Made by a program: the position numbers and the translations under genes. Under the pieces are notes generated by a model. It made no database searches. It was not told the origin of the DNA and was given only the letters and a program-made list of their open reading frames with translations. From a bacterium ADurb.Bin236 (GTDB lineage Bacteria > UBP15 > UBA6099), in assembly GCA_002069885.1 (NCBI GenBank), contig MWCD01000001.1, positions 2,770 to 66,769 of the forward strand: 64,000 bases of DNA, in the 5' to 3' direction. Shown one piece after another: positions 48,718-59,291 of the stretch; the stretch's first letter is position 1; the number at the start of each line of letters is the position of its first letter.

Positions 48718-51700
48718 GTGTGGGAAGATTTCGTTCACCTTCACGTTCATACTGAATACAGCATGCTGGACGGAGCGAGTAGGGTTTCGGCGATTGTGGA
48801 CCGCGCCGCCGAGTTAGGCATGAAATCCATCGCGATGACGGACCACGGAAACATGTTCGGAGCCGTGAAGTTCATTGCGGCGGCGAAGAAAAAAGGGATC
48901 AAACCTCTTTTAGGCTGCGAAATATACGTGGCTCCTAGAAGAAGATTCGACAAAGAGCACCCTCTGGACAGGGACATATTCCATCTGCTGTTGCTGATAA
49001 AGAACAAGACAGGATACCAAAATCTTATCAAGATGGTGTCGCTGGCTCACACGGAAGGTTTCTATTACAAGCCGCGAGTGGACAAAGAGTTGCTCGAAAA
49101 GCACAGCGAGGGACTGATCGCGATGTCGGCGTGCCTCGGCGGGGAGGTTCCGTCTTTTATCCTTCGAGGTCAGACGGACGAGGCCCGAAAACGCGCGCAG
49201 TGGCACAGGGACGTGTTCGGCGAGGAAAATTACTTTCTCGAAATAATGGATCACGGCCTTGAGGAGCAGTCGAAGGCGAACGCAGGCCTTATCGATCTTT
49301 CGAGGGAGTTGTCCATCCCGCTTGTGGCGACGAACGACTCTCACTACCTTCAGCCTGAAGACGCGCTGGTTCAGGACGTGATGATGTGCGTTCAGGAGGG
49401 AAAAACTCTCGATGACGCCAACAGGCTCAGTTTCGAGTCGAAAGAGTTCTATCTGAAATCGGCTCGCGAAATGATGGATGTTTTCGCCGACAGGCCCGAG
49501 GCATTGGCGATAACAGCGGAGATAGCGGAACGCTGCGAGTTCTCGTTTGAATCAAACCGTCCGATACTTCCCCATTTCGAGGTGGAAGGCGGGAAAACGG
49601 ACAAGGAATATCTAAGCGAACTCGCTTTCAAAGGCATAGAGAAGAAATATCCGGCGGTGACGAAAAGCATCAGAGAACGCGCTGAGTTCGAGTTGAAAGT
49701 CATCAACGACATGGGCTTCGCGGAGTATTTTCTCATCGTGTGGGACTTGTTGAGATACGCGAGGGAAAACGGCATACCAGTCGGCCCCGGAAGAGGCTCG
49801 GTCGCCGGCAGCATCGTGGCTTACGCTCTGGACATCACTCAAATCGAGCCTCTTAAATACGGGCTGCTATTCGAGCGTTTCCTGAATCCCGACAGGCGCA
49901 CCATGCCTGACATCGACATGGACTTCTGCTATGAGCGGCGCGGAGAGGTCATCGACTACGCCAAACGCAAATACGGCGAAGACAAAGTGGCGATGATAAT
50001 CACGTTCGGGCGCGAAAAGGCGAGGGCAGCTATAAGGGATGTGGGACGGGTGCTCGGTATGCCACTGCCTGTAGTGGACAAAGTCGCCAAGCTGGTTCCG
50101 TTCGTGATTCCAGACCAGAAAGTGACGATCGAAAACGCGATAAACTTCACTCCCGAACTTAAATATCTCTACGACAACGATCCCGATATCGGAAAGCTTC
50201 TGAGGATATCCAAGCAGATAGAAGGGCTGCCTAGAAACATATCGACGCACGCGGCGGGTGTCGTTATCACCGACCAGCCCGTGACGGATTTGATTCCGAT
50301 TTATCAGTCCACAAAAGACGAAGTTCCGATGACACAGTTCGTCCATGAAGACCTTGAGAGCTTGGGGCTGCTCAAGATGGACTTTCTGGGGCTGCGCAAC
50401 CTGACCGTTCTCGCGGACGCCGCGCGCTACGTTGAAAAAAGAACTGGCAAAAAAATTGATTTGGATCATCTGCCCCTCGACGACGACAAGTCGTATGAAG
50501 TCTTCCGCAGCGGAGAAACGGACGGCGTGTTCCAGTTCGAGGGAAACACCGTGAAACGGCTGTGCGCGCGGCTTCAGCCAACATGCATCGAAGATCTTAT
50601 CGCGCTGAACGCGCTGAACAGGCCCGGCCCGCTTAGGGGCGGCGACGTCGATAAATTTTTCGAAAATCGCAAGAAAGACCCCAAGAAAGTCGAATATCCT
50701 CACCCGAAGCTCGAAGTGGTTTTAAGAGAAACTTCGGGAGTTCTCCTTTATCAGGAACAGGCGATGCAGATCGCCCACTTTGTTGCCGGCTTCACTCTTG
50801 CTCAGGCCGACGAACTAAGAAAAGCGATGGCGAAAAAGAAACAAGAAGACATGGACAGGCTCGGCGTGAAATTCATCGCCGGCGCGGAAGAAACGCTTGG
50901 AAGCAAAGCGGCGGCGGAAACTCTTTTCAACCAGATAGACAGTTTTTCCGGATACGGTTTCAACAAAAGCCACAGCGCCGTTTACGCATATATCGCTTAT
51001 CAGACCGCCTACCTCAAGGCGAACTATCCGGTGGAATTCATGGCTGCTCTGCTGACAAGCGTCATGGACGACAGCGAAAAGATAGCAAAGTACATAGACG
51101 AATGCCGCAGAATGAAAATTGAAGTCACCCCGCCGGACATCAACGTCGGACAGGCGATTTTCGCTCCGGTGGAGGACAGAATCGTTTTTGGACTAGCCGC
51201 CGTGAAAAACGTGGGAGGCGGCGCAATCGAGGCGATTATCAAAGAGCGGGATGAGAACGGGCATTACAAATCCCTTTTCGAGTTTTGCGCGAGAGTAGAC
51301 CTCCGGGCGGTCAACTCCAAAGCTATCGAATCTCTTATACGCTCCGGAGGAATGGACGGCATCGACGGAAACCGCGCGCAGAAAATGGCGGCGGTCGAAG
51401 AGGCGATGGAATACGGCAAGAAAGTGCAGCGAGACAGGGATTCCGGCCAGACATGTCTCTTCGGCGACGAAGAGACCTCCAAATGCTACGAGCCTGAACT
51501 GCCTCAAATCGAGGAGTTCGGCATGAGGACTCTGCTTCAGGACGAAAAAGAGCTTATCGGACTCTATCTATCCCACAATCCGCTTGATCCGTACAGAGCG
51601 TGGTTGACTCAGAAGGCGAATATTTCCGCCGTAGAAGTGGTCGAGATAGACCCTTCCGAGCGAAGAGAAGTCGTGGTGGCGGGATCAATATCGCGGGTAA

Positions 51701-52233
51701 AAACTTTCAACTTGAAGTCAGGCGACCAGATGGCATTCGTCGATCTGGAGGACTACACCGGCAAAATCCTCGTCTCTATCGGTCCGAGGGAATGGGTAAA
51801 ATATTCAAATCATGTTCGAGAGGACAACGTGGTGGCGGTGAAGGGCCGCGTCTGGGCAAAATCAAGGGACAACGGCGGCGGCGAAGACGACGAGGAAACT
51901 CTTGAATACAGAGTCATGTGCAATGAAATAGAGCCTTATCTTGAAACTCCCGAAGCCGGCAAAAAATCCGAGCCAGTGAAACGAAGAGTCCATTTTAGAA
52001 TCGCAGGTTCGACAGGCGACGAGAAGTCGGCGGAGTTGGTGCGCGAACTCAAGCGCCTCCTTAACGCGAACAGCGGCGACAACGACGTCGTGATTCATAT
52101 CGACGAAGGAAAAAAAGCCCGCAAGTTCCTTCTCTCCGGCAATAGCGGCGCGCGTTACAGCCCTGAACTGTTGCGTATCGCCAGAAGAATTTTCGGCGAG
52201 AGCAACGTCTGGGTCGAAACCGACAGACAGTAG
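48718..52233 (+). CDS. dnaE: DNA polymerase III alpha subunit
   Basis: N-terminal PHP domain FVHLHVHTEYSMLDG. The polymerase core and OB fold are inferred from the 1171-aa length and layout. GTG start at 48718 with a GGAGGG RBS. Confidence 0.9.
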   Translation: MWEDFVHLHVHTEYSMLDGASRVSAIVDRAAELGMKSIAMTDHGNMFGAVKFIAAAKKKGIKPLLGCEIYVAPRRRFDKEHPLDRDIFHLLLLIKNKTGYQNLIKMVSLAHTEGFYYKPRVDKELLEKHSEGLIAMSACLGGEVPSFILRGQTDEARKRAQWHRDVFGEENYFLEIMDHGLEEQSKANAGLIDLSRELSIPLVATNDSHYLQPEDALVQDVMMCVQEGKTLDDANRLSFESKEFYLKSAREMMDVFADRPEALAITAEIAERCEFSFESNRPILPHFEVEGGKTDKEYLSELAFKGIEKKYPAVTKSIRERAEFELKVINDMGFAEYFLIVWDLLRYARENGIPVGPGRGSVAGSIVAYALDITQIEPLKYGLLFERFLNPDRRTMPDIDMDFCYERRGEVIDYAKRKYGEDKVAMIITFGREKARAAIRDVGRVLGMPLPVVDKVAKLVPFVIPDQKVTIENAINFTPELKYLYDNDPDIGKLLRISKQIEGLPRNISTHAAGVVITDQPVTDLIPIYQSTKDEVPMTQFVHEDLESLGLLKMDFLGLRNLTVLADAARYVEKRTGKKIDLDHLPLDDDKSYEVFRSGETDGVFQFEGNTVKRLCARLQPTCIEDLIALNALNRPGPLRGGDVDKFFENRKKDPKKVEYPHPKLEVVLRETSGVLLYQEQAMQIAHFVAGFTLAQADELRKAMAKKKQEDMDRLGVKFIAGAEETLGSKAAAETLFNQIDSFSGYGFNKSHSAVYAYIAYQTAYLKANYPVEFMAALLTSVMDDSEKIAKYIDECRRMKIEVTPPDINVGQAIFAPVEDRIVFGLAAVKNVGGGAIEAIIKERDENGHYKSLFEFCARVDLRAVNSKAIESLIRSGGMDGIDGNRAQKMAAVEEAMEYGKKVQRDRDSGQTCLFGDEETSKCYEPELPQIEEFGMRTLLQDEKELIGLYLSHNPLDPYRAWLTQKANISAVEVVEIDPSERREVVVAGSISRVKTFNLKSGDQMAFVDLEDYTGKILVSIGPREWVKYSNHVREDNVVAVKGRVWAKSRDNGGGEDDEETLEYRVMCNEIEPYLETPEAGKKSEPVKRRVHFRIAGSTGDEKSAELVRELKRLLNANSGDNDVVIHIDEGKKARKFLLSGNSGARYSPELLRIARRIFGESNVWVETDRQ

Positions 52234-52373
52234 CTGCGCCTTAGCGTTAATGCGGGCAATCGCCATGCGCGGGTCTTATCACAAACATTTCCCGAATTGT
52301 TTAACGGATTTGAATTGACTTATTCGTGCATCCGTAAAGTTATGAAACCTACAATGTCGTTCCGATCTGATAG

Positions 52374-53396
52374 CTAGCGTAATTCGCTGGCCGGAGGAAG
52401 GTTGTACACGGATTTAAGCCATTCTTTTAGATCAGATTCGAGTTGAGGATTTAGAAGAATGATGCTGAGGTGGCCGTGAGGGTATCTCTTCAGAACAGGT
52501 TTGTCCCAAGAATGCCAGAGATTTTCCGTCACTTCCTCCGGAACCATAGCGTCGTAGATTCCGTGAGCGATAAAAATTCTTTCGGGCGGCAACAAAGGTT
52601 TCAGATTCGGCAAAGACATGCCCGCCAAAGTGTCCTTATATTTAGTGATGAGGCGGGCGGCCCTCGGATTCTCTTTTTCGAACAGCCTTCCGAGCCTGCT
52701 TGTTTTGAAAATCTCGCCGAGGTCGGAGGCGGGGCATACCAGCACCGCGAAGTCCACAAGCGGCTCTACGCACGCCATAAGGCCGCTTAACAGGCCTCCG
52801 AAAGACACGCCCATCACGCCGACCAGCCGCGCGCCTTTTTTCTTCTTCGCCCAGTTTGCCACCGACATCACGTCGAACAGCGACTGCCGCATCGTCTCCA
52901 TCGTGTGAATGGCGTCTTCTTTGAACGTGTGTTCGCCAGCGAAAGAGTCCCTCGGCGTCCGATTCATGTGATAGGGCAGGTCGGGCATCGCGCAGTTGAT
53001 ACCGTCGCGCACCAGCAATCTGCAATACCTGTCGAACAGCAGGTAAGACTCCATCCGCCAACCGTGAAGAAGTATCACCATCGGGAGGTCGGGCCGACCA
53101 TGACGCTCGTAATACCGCCCGTGAACGATGTTGTTCGCTCGATGCCTCGTGTACACCGGGCTGTCGAACTGAAAACGCATAATGTTATAGTTGCGACGCG
53201 CCGAAGGCGAGGATATCTTCATATCCGGCACATAACCGGGATTCTTAAAGTATTCGAGAGGTTCCCGCGCGTTCTCGTTCTCGACGTATTCTTCAAGGCT
53301 GCCGATAGCAGCCGCCACCTCGGCGGCGTTCTTCTGCTTGCCCATATACATATAGGACATTTCGTCGATCGATCTGACCAGATATTCCCATAACAT
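52374..53396 (-). CDS. alpha/beta-fold hydrolase (serine hydrolase)
   Basis: GVMGVSFGG nucleophile elbow (GxSxG) and HGxxD-type acid/His region. Start taken at ATG 53394-53396. The 143-aa upstream ORF extension is rejected. Confidence 0.65.
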   Translation of the reverse strand: MLWEYLVRSIDEMSYMYMGKQKNAAEVAAAIGSLEEYVENENAREPLEYFKNPGYVPDMKISSPSARRNYNIMRFQFDSPVYTRHRANNIVHGRYYERHGRPDLPMVILLHGWRMESYLLFDRYCRLLVRDGINCAMPDLPYHMNRTPRDSFAGEHTFKEDAIHTMETMRQSLFDVMSVANWAKKKKGARLVGVMGVSFGGLLSGLMACVEPLVDFAVLVCPASDLGEIFKTSRLGRLFEKENPRAARLITKYKDTLAGMSLPNLKPLLPPERIFIAHGIYDAMVPEEVTENLWHSWDKPVLKRYPHGHLSIILLNPQLESDLKEWLKSVYNLPPASELR

Positions 53397-53534
53397 GCGA
53401 AAATTATGGCCGGAGCCAATCTTTTTGTCAAAGAGACCCGCATTAATGTATAATGACGCTGACGACCGAGCGCGCGGCGAGCAACGCGCCTCTGTCGCGG
53501 GAGCGACTCTCTCTATTCTCGGAGGTGGCGGCTG

Positions 53535-54026
53535 ATGCCCGAAAGTGTCAAATGCCCGTTCTGCAATTATGAAACGCCTTACCCTACCCGCGACAAAGTG
53601 TTCGAGTGCATGGGCGAATGCTATTCCACCTACACTCTTGCCGGCGTCGACGACGACAGAATCCGCATGAAGATGCGCCTCATCGAAGTCTTCTTTCTGG
53701 ATCATGGCGACACGCCCATGATCGCTCCCGATGAAATCGATTCCAAATGCGAATTCAAAACCATTCCCGCATGCGTCGCCGATGAGATAATCGTCTTCTC
53801 CCGCCAGAAACGCGTCGATGAGCACGAAATCGACAAACTCAAGAACGCCGACGAGATTGAGATTGAGATCGGCATCGACACGCTCGAAAGGCTGCGCGCT
53901 GCTCTAGACCGCTTCGAGCGCGACGTCAACGATGATTCCACTCCCAAAGAAAACCTTATAAACGAAATCAAACTTGTTGAAACAATAGCGCGGGTCATCA
54001 GGGAAAAACTGGAACTATCGCTTTGA
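53535..54026 (+). CDS. zinc-ribbon (CxxC...CxxxC) hypothetical protein, 163 aa
   Basis: CPFC...CMGEC N-terminal metal-binding motif. The stop overlaps the next gene start (atga), so the two are likely co-translated. Confidence 0.5.
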   Translation: MPESVKCPFCNYETPYPTRDKVFECMGECYSTYTLAGVDDDRIRMKMRLIEVFFLDHGDTPMIAPDEIDSKCEFKTIPACVADEIIVFSRQKRVDEHEIDKLKNADEIEIEIGIDTLERLRAALDRFERDVNDDSTPKENLINEIKLVETIARVIREKLELSL

Positions 54027-55288
54027 AAACCGCGCGCCGCGCCTTAACTTCAATTTTCTTCTCAGTGTCATTTGCCGTGTTCGCCGCGAGTTTCGCCGTA
54101 TGCGCTCAAAACGACATCGAAGGTTCAGCGGCTCAAGATAAAAGAACCTGCGTCGTTAGGGTCAATGACGAGGCCGGCTCCGGTTTCGGGTCCGCCGCTC
54201 AAGCCGCCCTATCTGAAATCCTGAGACTGAACGGTTGCGAAACTGTCGACGCCTCTGACTCCGCGCCGCTCTCTGAACGCGATGTCATTGAATTCATTTA
54301 TACCATCGAAAACTTTAAGACCAAGAAGAAAATCAACACGAAGGGAGCTTTGCTGGCTGGAGGCATTTCATCCGCTTACGTCAACTCCGTGACAGTTTCA
54401 GCCCGTCTTGAAGCTGTCTCAGGCGGACAAGCTTTTTTCAACAAAGAAGCGGAATACGAAAACAATCCGAGCGAGATATATTCGGCATGGCGGCGCGCGG
54501 AAGGAACAAAAAAACGAGCCTCCGAGTTTGCGGCTTACGAATTGGCTTCGGATTTCATCGTCGAATCAGACTGGATCGAAAATAGAAAAAACATAAGCAG
54601 GCCCGCGTCTCCGCCAAGCGATCTTCTCACGAAAGACAGCGATGTCTGGTCGTTTGTGGCGGGAGGGTTCGCTGGAATCGCGATTCATGAAGCGGGGCAT
54701 TTCGCAGGCGCCGCGTTGACCGGACATAACGCGCGGTTCAAGGGAAACGACTCCCGCACATTCACCGCAGGCCCTGAGCTTTCGCTTTTCGCATCTCTTC
54801 TGTTCTCGCACAGGACAGGCAAAGACATGCTTCTGCCGCTGCTTCCGGACGTCGTTTACGACTTTGACGTGTTCGAGACTTCGGCTGGGCTTGAATACGC
54901 GGACGAGAACGGCGCTCCTATATCGAACGGCGCGCGGGATCACTCTCTGCTCTCGTATTCCGGCGTGATGTTCCAGACTTTCGCCAACGAGATAATCCTT
55001 ACGCGGCGGCCCGATCTGATAGAGCATGACGATCCGTTTGCCAAAGGCATTTTCTTTATTAATGTAGTTCTCCCAGTGTTCTATATAGCGCACGGCTACT
55101 CGGACCCTAACAGCGATTTGCTGTTGTTGCAGAAGAGTTCGGGGCTGGACAGATGGCAGGTAAACGCGATGGTCGCCGCGCCCGCCGCTCTGGACGCGTA
55201 CAGGTTTTACCATCCCGAAAAGAAAAAGTTGCGAATTTACTCGCGCATAGCCAAACTTATTCCTGTTATTGTGTGCCTGACCAGATGA
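54023..55288 (+). CDS. secreted/membrane hypothetical protein with HExxH (HEAGH) zinc-metallopeptidase-like motif
   Basis: Signal peptide MKTARRALTSIFFSVSFAVFAASFAVCAQ. AIHEAGHFAGAALTGH sits within a hydrophobic stretch. The protease call is based on the motif only. Confidence 0.45.
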   Translation: MKTARRALTSIFFSVSFAVFAASFAVCAQNDIEGSAAQDKRTCVVRVNDEAGSGFGSAAQAALSEILRLNGCETVDASDSAPLSERDVIEFIYTIENFKTKKKINTKGALLAGGISSAYVNSVTVSARLEAVSGGQAFFNKEAEYENNPSEIYSAWRRAEGTKKRASEFAAYELASDFIVESDWIENRKNISRPASPPSDLLTKDSDVWSFVAGGFAGIAIHEAGHFAGAALTGHNARFKGNDSRTFTAGPELSLFASLLFSHRTGKDMLLPLLPDVVYDFDVFETSAGLEYADENGAPISNGARDHSLLSYSGVMFQTFANEIILTRRPDLIEHDDPFAKGIFFINVVLPVFYIAHGYSDPNSDLLLLQKSSGLDRWQVNAMVAAPAALDAYRFYHPEKKKLRIYSRIAKLIPVIVCLTR

Positions 55289-55356
55289 AAGCCGAAGACT
55301 GAAATCCGACGAAGGCGCATAAAGGCGGCGCGGCTCGCGGCGCCGCCGGAGGATAT

Positions 55357-56550
55357 TTGAATATCAAGGCCCTCACTTTTACCAGTTATTTTTACCTGAT
55401 GTCATACGCGTTCGCCGTCACCATAATCGGTCCGTGCAACGCCGGGATAGACGCGGATTTCCATGCGGGCGAGCGCGCTATGGGGGCGCTCGTTTCAGTT
55501 CATTTCATAGGATTCATCGTCACAACCCTCTATGCGGGGTATCTCATCGACCGCATAGGGCTTAAGCCGGTTATGGTCGCCGGAGTATCTTTGCTCGGCG
55601 CGATGCTGGTCGCGTTTGGTTTGTCCCGGTCGCTCACGGCTCTATTTATTGTGATGTTTATCATGGGAGTCGGCGGCGGCGCGGTGGAAAGCTCAGTCAA
55701 CGCGCTTGTTTCCGCCATTCACAAAGACACGCGAGTGTACTCTCTCAATCTGTTGCACGTTTTTTTCGGCGTGGGAGCGTTCACATGGCCGATGATAGCG
55801 GGCTATCTGCTTGAAACAGGCATGTCGTGGCGGCCCCTTTACCACATGATCGGCGCTTTCTCATTCGCGATGGCTCTTATCGTCGCAGCTCAGAAGTACC
55901 CCGAAGCCGAAGCGGGGCAGGCGGTGAAACTCGGCGACGTGTTCGGCATGATAAAAAAACCGACCGTGCTGCTCGTCGGAGGCGTCGTCGCTTTTTACGT
56001 CGGCGGCGAGATGGGCATCAACACGTGGGTCGTCAGATATTTCGAACAGGAGCTTCAATTCAAATCCGCAGCAGCGCCCGTCATAGGAATACTGGTGACC
56101 CCCAGCTTCGTTCTCTCGTTCTTCTGGTTCACCATGACCGTCGGCAGACTCGTTGCGACCTTCGCGGGAAAGGTGGTTCCCGACTACATTTTGTTGAGAG
56201 TAGTGACCGCGCTGTCCGCAGCGTCGGCAGTGACCGCATTCTTAGTGAGAAGCCCACTCGCCGCCGGTTTTTTCATCGGCCTTACAGGTCTTTTCTTCTC
56301 CGGCATATTCGCCACCTCCGTGGCTATCGGCGGCAACAGGTTCCCCGACAGGCTCGGCATGATAAGCGGCATCGTCATAGGTTTCTCAGGACTTGGAAAT
56401 GTGCTCTTTAACTATGGGGTAGGGGAAGTGGCCCAGAGAACAGGCAGTATCAGAATCGGCTTGCTCTTCGCATCCGCCATGCTTGTGTGCATGGCCGCAT
56501 GCGCTTTCTCAATCAAGAAACCCGGCGAAGCCTACAAAGGCGACGGTTGA
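55357..56550 (+). CDS. MFS transporter (12 TM)
   Basis: Hydrophobicity pattern with GYLIDRIGLKP (an MFS signature resembling motif A) between TM2 and TM3. Confidence 0.8.
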   Translation: MNIKALTFTSYFYLMSYAFAVTIIGPCNAGIDADFHAGERAMGALVSVHFIGFIVTTLYAGYLIDRIGLKPVMVAGVSLLGAMLVAFGLSRSLTALFIVMFIMGVGGGAVESSVNALVSAIHKDTRVYSLNLLHVFFGVGAFTWPMIAGYLLETGMSWRPLYHMIGAFSFAMALIVAAQKYPEAEAGQAVKLGDVFGMIKKPTVLLVGGVVAFYVGGEMGINTWVVRYFEQELQFKSAAAPVIGILVTPSFVLSFFWFTMTVGRLVATFAGKVVPDYILLRVVTALSAASAVTAFLVRSPLAAGFFIGLTGLFFSGIFATSVAIGGNRFPDRLGMISGIVIGFSGLGNVLFNYGVGEVAQRTGSIRIGLLFASAMLVCMAACAFSIKKPGEAYKGDG

Positions 56551-56598
56551 ATGATTCCGGGTGTCGTCTAATAAAATCGCAAACAAATCAAGATAGCT

Positions 56599-59202
56599 TT
56601 AGTTTCCGGTTTGGAGTTTCTTCACCAAGTTGTCGAGTTCGGCGGAAAGGTTTTTGAGGGTTTGCACGGCGTCCGCCGCGTTGGCCGCCAAGTTGGAAGT
56701 CTCCTCCGAGAACGTCAGTATGTCTTTCATCGAAGATTCAACTTGCTTTATCTCGCCTCTGCGCTGTTCGATTGATTCAGTGGTCTGCTTTATAAGAACA
56801 GTGACCCCGTTGATGGATTCGAGGATTTTATCGAGCGCCAATCCGGCTCTGTCGGACAATGCGCTTCCTTCGACAACCCTGTTTCTGGCCCGGTCGGTCG
56901 ATTCGTTCGCTTTCTTGACGCGCTCCTGTATTCGCCTGACGATAGTGGTGATTTCCCGCGTGGACTCGACGCTTTTCACCGCCAGCGAACTGATTTCCTT
57001 TGCGACCACCGAGAAGCCTCGTCCGTAATCTCCCGCGCGCGCGGCCTCGATGGAAGCGTTAAGAGAGAGCAGGTTGGTCTGGTCGGAAATCTCGTCGATA
57101 GCTTTAACTATCTCATCGATTTCGTCCGCGCTCACTTCTAGGTCCTGCATGACCGAATTGATTTCCTCCATCGCCTCGCCGACCTGCCGCATACCGGCAA
57201 CGGCCTTGCGCGTGGTGTCGCCTCCGGAGGCGGCGTCCTCGTTGGTCCGTTCCGAGAGGCTCAGCATATCTTTGGAACGGGTCACCACCGCCACCACAGA
57301 AGCCGCCATATCGTCCACGAAACGCGAAGTCTTTCTTATGGATTCCGCCTGTCTCAAAGCGCCTTCCTGAAGTTGCTCGGTAATGACCCTGATGTTCGCG
57401 CACGTGCTGTCGACGGAGGCGGAGCTTTCGCGAACCTTCGATACCAGAAGTCTCAACCTCTTGAACATGTGGTTGAGATTCTTCTTGAGGTCGGCGATTA
57501 TGCCCTGTTCGTCGCTCCTGACAGGCAGTTGAACCGAAAGGTCGCCGTCCGTCGCCTGCGCCACCGTGACGAGAATCTCGCGAACCTGCCTTTCGAGCGT
57601 CTCCTTCTGCTCGGAGTCGGTCTGCTTCATCGCCTCTATCTGTTCTATCTTCACCTTGAGGTCGGATGTCATCTGATTCAACGCGCGTCCGACCCTGCTG
57701 ATTTCGTCCGATCTGCGCGTCTCGAACACCACCGTGAAATCCCCTTCGGACGCGGCTTCGATAACTTTCAAAAGCTGGGAGACTTCTCCTTCGAGATAGC
57801 TTCTCCTCGATTTGTTCATCTCTATCATGCTTTGCAGGTCGACTATCATTTCAGAGAGGGCGACGCCCAGCCTGCCGATTTCGTCTTTGTCGTCCCCGGA
57901 ATAAACCTTCGTGAAATCGCCCTGAGCCGCCGCGTTGATAATTTCAAGCAGTTCGGTGACTTTCTGTTCCAGATACAATCTTTGGGAGTTATCGCGGGCT
58001 ATCATCGCGTCGAGGTCGGAAATCATCTGGTTGAGCGAGTTGGCGATGGCGGTGAACTCAGCGTCGTCATCCGAGCATTCAAAACGCGCAGTGAAATCCC
58101 CTTTGGCGGCGGCGTCTATGGTGGTCGTAAGCTTAGCCACTTGAGACTCAAGGTATGCGCGCTGTTTCTTGTCTTTGTCCACCATCAGGCGCAAGTTGGA
58201 CACCATAACGTTGAAGGCGTGAGTCAGGCGGCCCACTTCATCCTTGGAATCCACCGGCAAAGGCTCGACATCCAAGTGCCCCGTCGCCACACGGTCGGCG
58301 CTTTGCGCCATTTTGATTATCGGAGCGGTCAATTCCTCCGTGAACTTCTTCGCGCGCGTGTACACCGCCGCCAGCATCAGACCCGTGAATCCGACACACG
58401 CGAAAAATATCAGAACCAGCGCCCGGCGCACAGCGTTGTTGTCCGTCGCTATTATCAGCGAAATGGTTTCCTCGTCCGTTTTTTGCAACTCGACATGCGA
58501 GAGGTCCAGCCGTTTGCCGATGAATCGAATCTTTTTTCTGGCTTTTTCTATCTTTTCCGGGACTCCGGCTTTCTTTTTTCTTTTGACTACCTTATCCGCA
58601 AGAGAAGACGCTATTACTTCGCCGTTACGCGTTATCATTATTTCAGCGCCTATGAGAGAAGACAGCCTTTGGGCGAAGTTATTGTCTAAAAAATAGCCGA
58701 CCGTGACCGCGCCGACGTTATTGTTGTTGAAGACGACAGGAGACGTGCTAATCAGAGCCGGTTTCCCGTCAACCGCCGTTATAGATTGAGACGACTCGCC
58801 GGAAAGCGCCGCGGCCACATAATCGACTCCGCCTTCCTGTTCGGCGAACACGTCCGGCGCGTGGCCCTTTGCTATCACAAATCCGTCCCGCTCGTGCACG
58901 GTTATTATGTCCACGTTCATATTCTTGAATAGCGGGGTTATAACGCCCAAAACGAGGTGCCGGCGGCTGTCGTCCACGCCTAGACGCACATCGTTGTAAG
59001 AAGATATCATCGTCGCGAACGCCATGGAGCCGCGCTTCAAATCCTCATAGTTCGACTTGGCGCTCGACGCCTTTATCCTGTTCTCCCGCTGAATCGTGCT
59101 CTGATTCATCCAGAAAAAAACAATGACGATGAACAGCGAGGCGGCCGCGATGGCCACCGGCGGGATAATCGAGGATCTGAACACTCTGGCGCTGATATTC
59201 AT
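56599..59202 (-). CDS. methyl-accepting chemotaxis protein with periplasmic sensor domain and a poly-HAMP array (about five tandem HAMP-like units)
   Basis: Two TM helices. Repeated about 52-aa units RxYLExxVxxLLxxIxAAxxGDFT...DEIGRLGxAL. C-terminal MCP core [29 protein letters not shown]. Confidence 0.85.
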   Translation of the reverse strand: MNISARVFRSSIIPPVAIAAASLFIVIVFFWMNQSTIQRENRIKASSAKSNYEDLKRGSMAFATMISSYNDVRLGVDDSRRHLVLGVITPLFKNMNVDIITVHERDGFVIAKGHAPDVFAEQEGGVDYVAAALSGESSQSITAVDGKPALISTSPVVFNNNNVGAVTVGYFLDNNFAQRLSSLIGAEIMITRNGEVIASSLADKVVKRKKKAGVPEKIEKARKKIRFIGKRLDLSHVELQKTDEETISLIIATDNNAVRRALVLIFFACVGFTGLMLAAVYTRAKKFTEELTAPIIKMAQSADRVATGHLDVEPLPVDSKDEVGRLTHAFNVMVSNLRLMVDKDKKQRAYLESQVAKLTTTIDAAAKGDFTARFECSDDDAEFTAIANSLNQMISDLDAMIARDNSQRLYLEQKVTELLEIINAAAQGDFTKVYSGDDKDEIGRLGVALSEMIVDLQSMIEMNKSRRSYLEGEVSQLLKVIEAASEGDFTVVFETRRSDEISRVGRALNQMTSDLKVKIEQIEAMKQTDSEQKETLERQVREILVTVAQATDGDLSVQLPVRSDEQGIIADLKKNLNHMFKRLRLLVSKVRESSASVDSTCANIRVITEQLQEGALRQAESIRKTSRFVDDMAASVVAVVTRSKDMLSLSERTNEDAASGGDTTRKAVAGMRQVGEAMEEINSVMQDLEVSADEIDEIVKAIDEISDQTNLLSLNASIEAARAGDYGRGFSVVAKEISSLAVKSVESTREITTIVRRIQERVKKANESTDRARNRVVEGSALSDRAGLALDKILESINGVTVLIKQTTESIEQRRGEIKQVESSMKDILTFSEETSNLAANAADAVQTLKNLSAELDNLVKKLQTGN

Positions 59203-59291
59203 CTGGCTGGCACCTCTGCCGGAGCAATTTTATTTAACGGCTCTTGCCGCTCTATCATCCGGCCATGCGCCGGACGACCATATTCAATATG

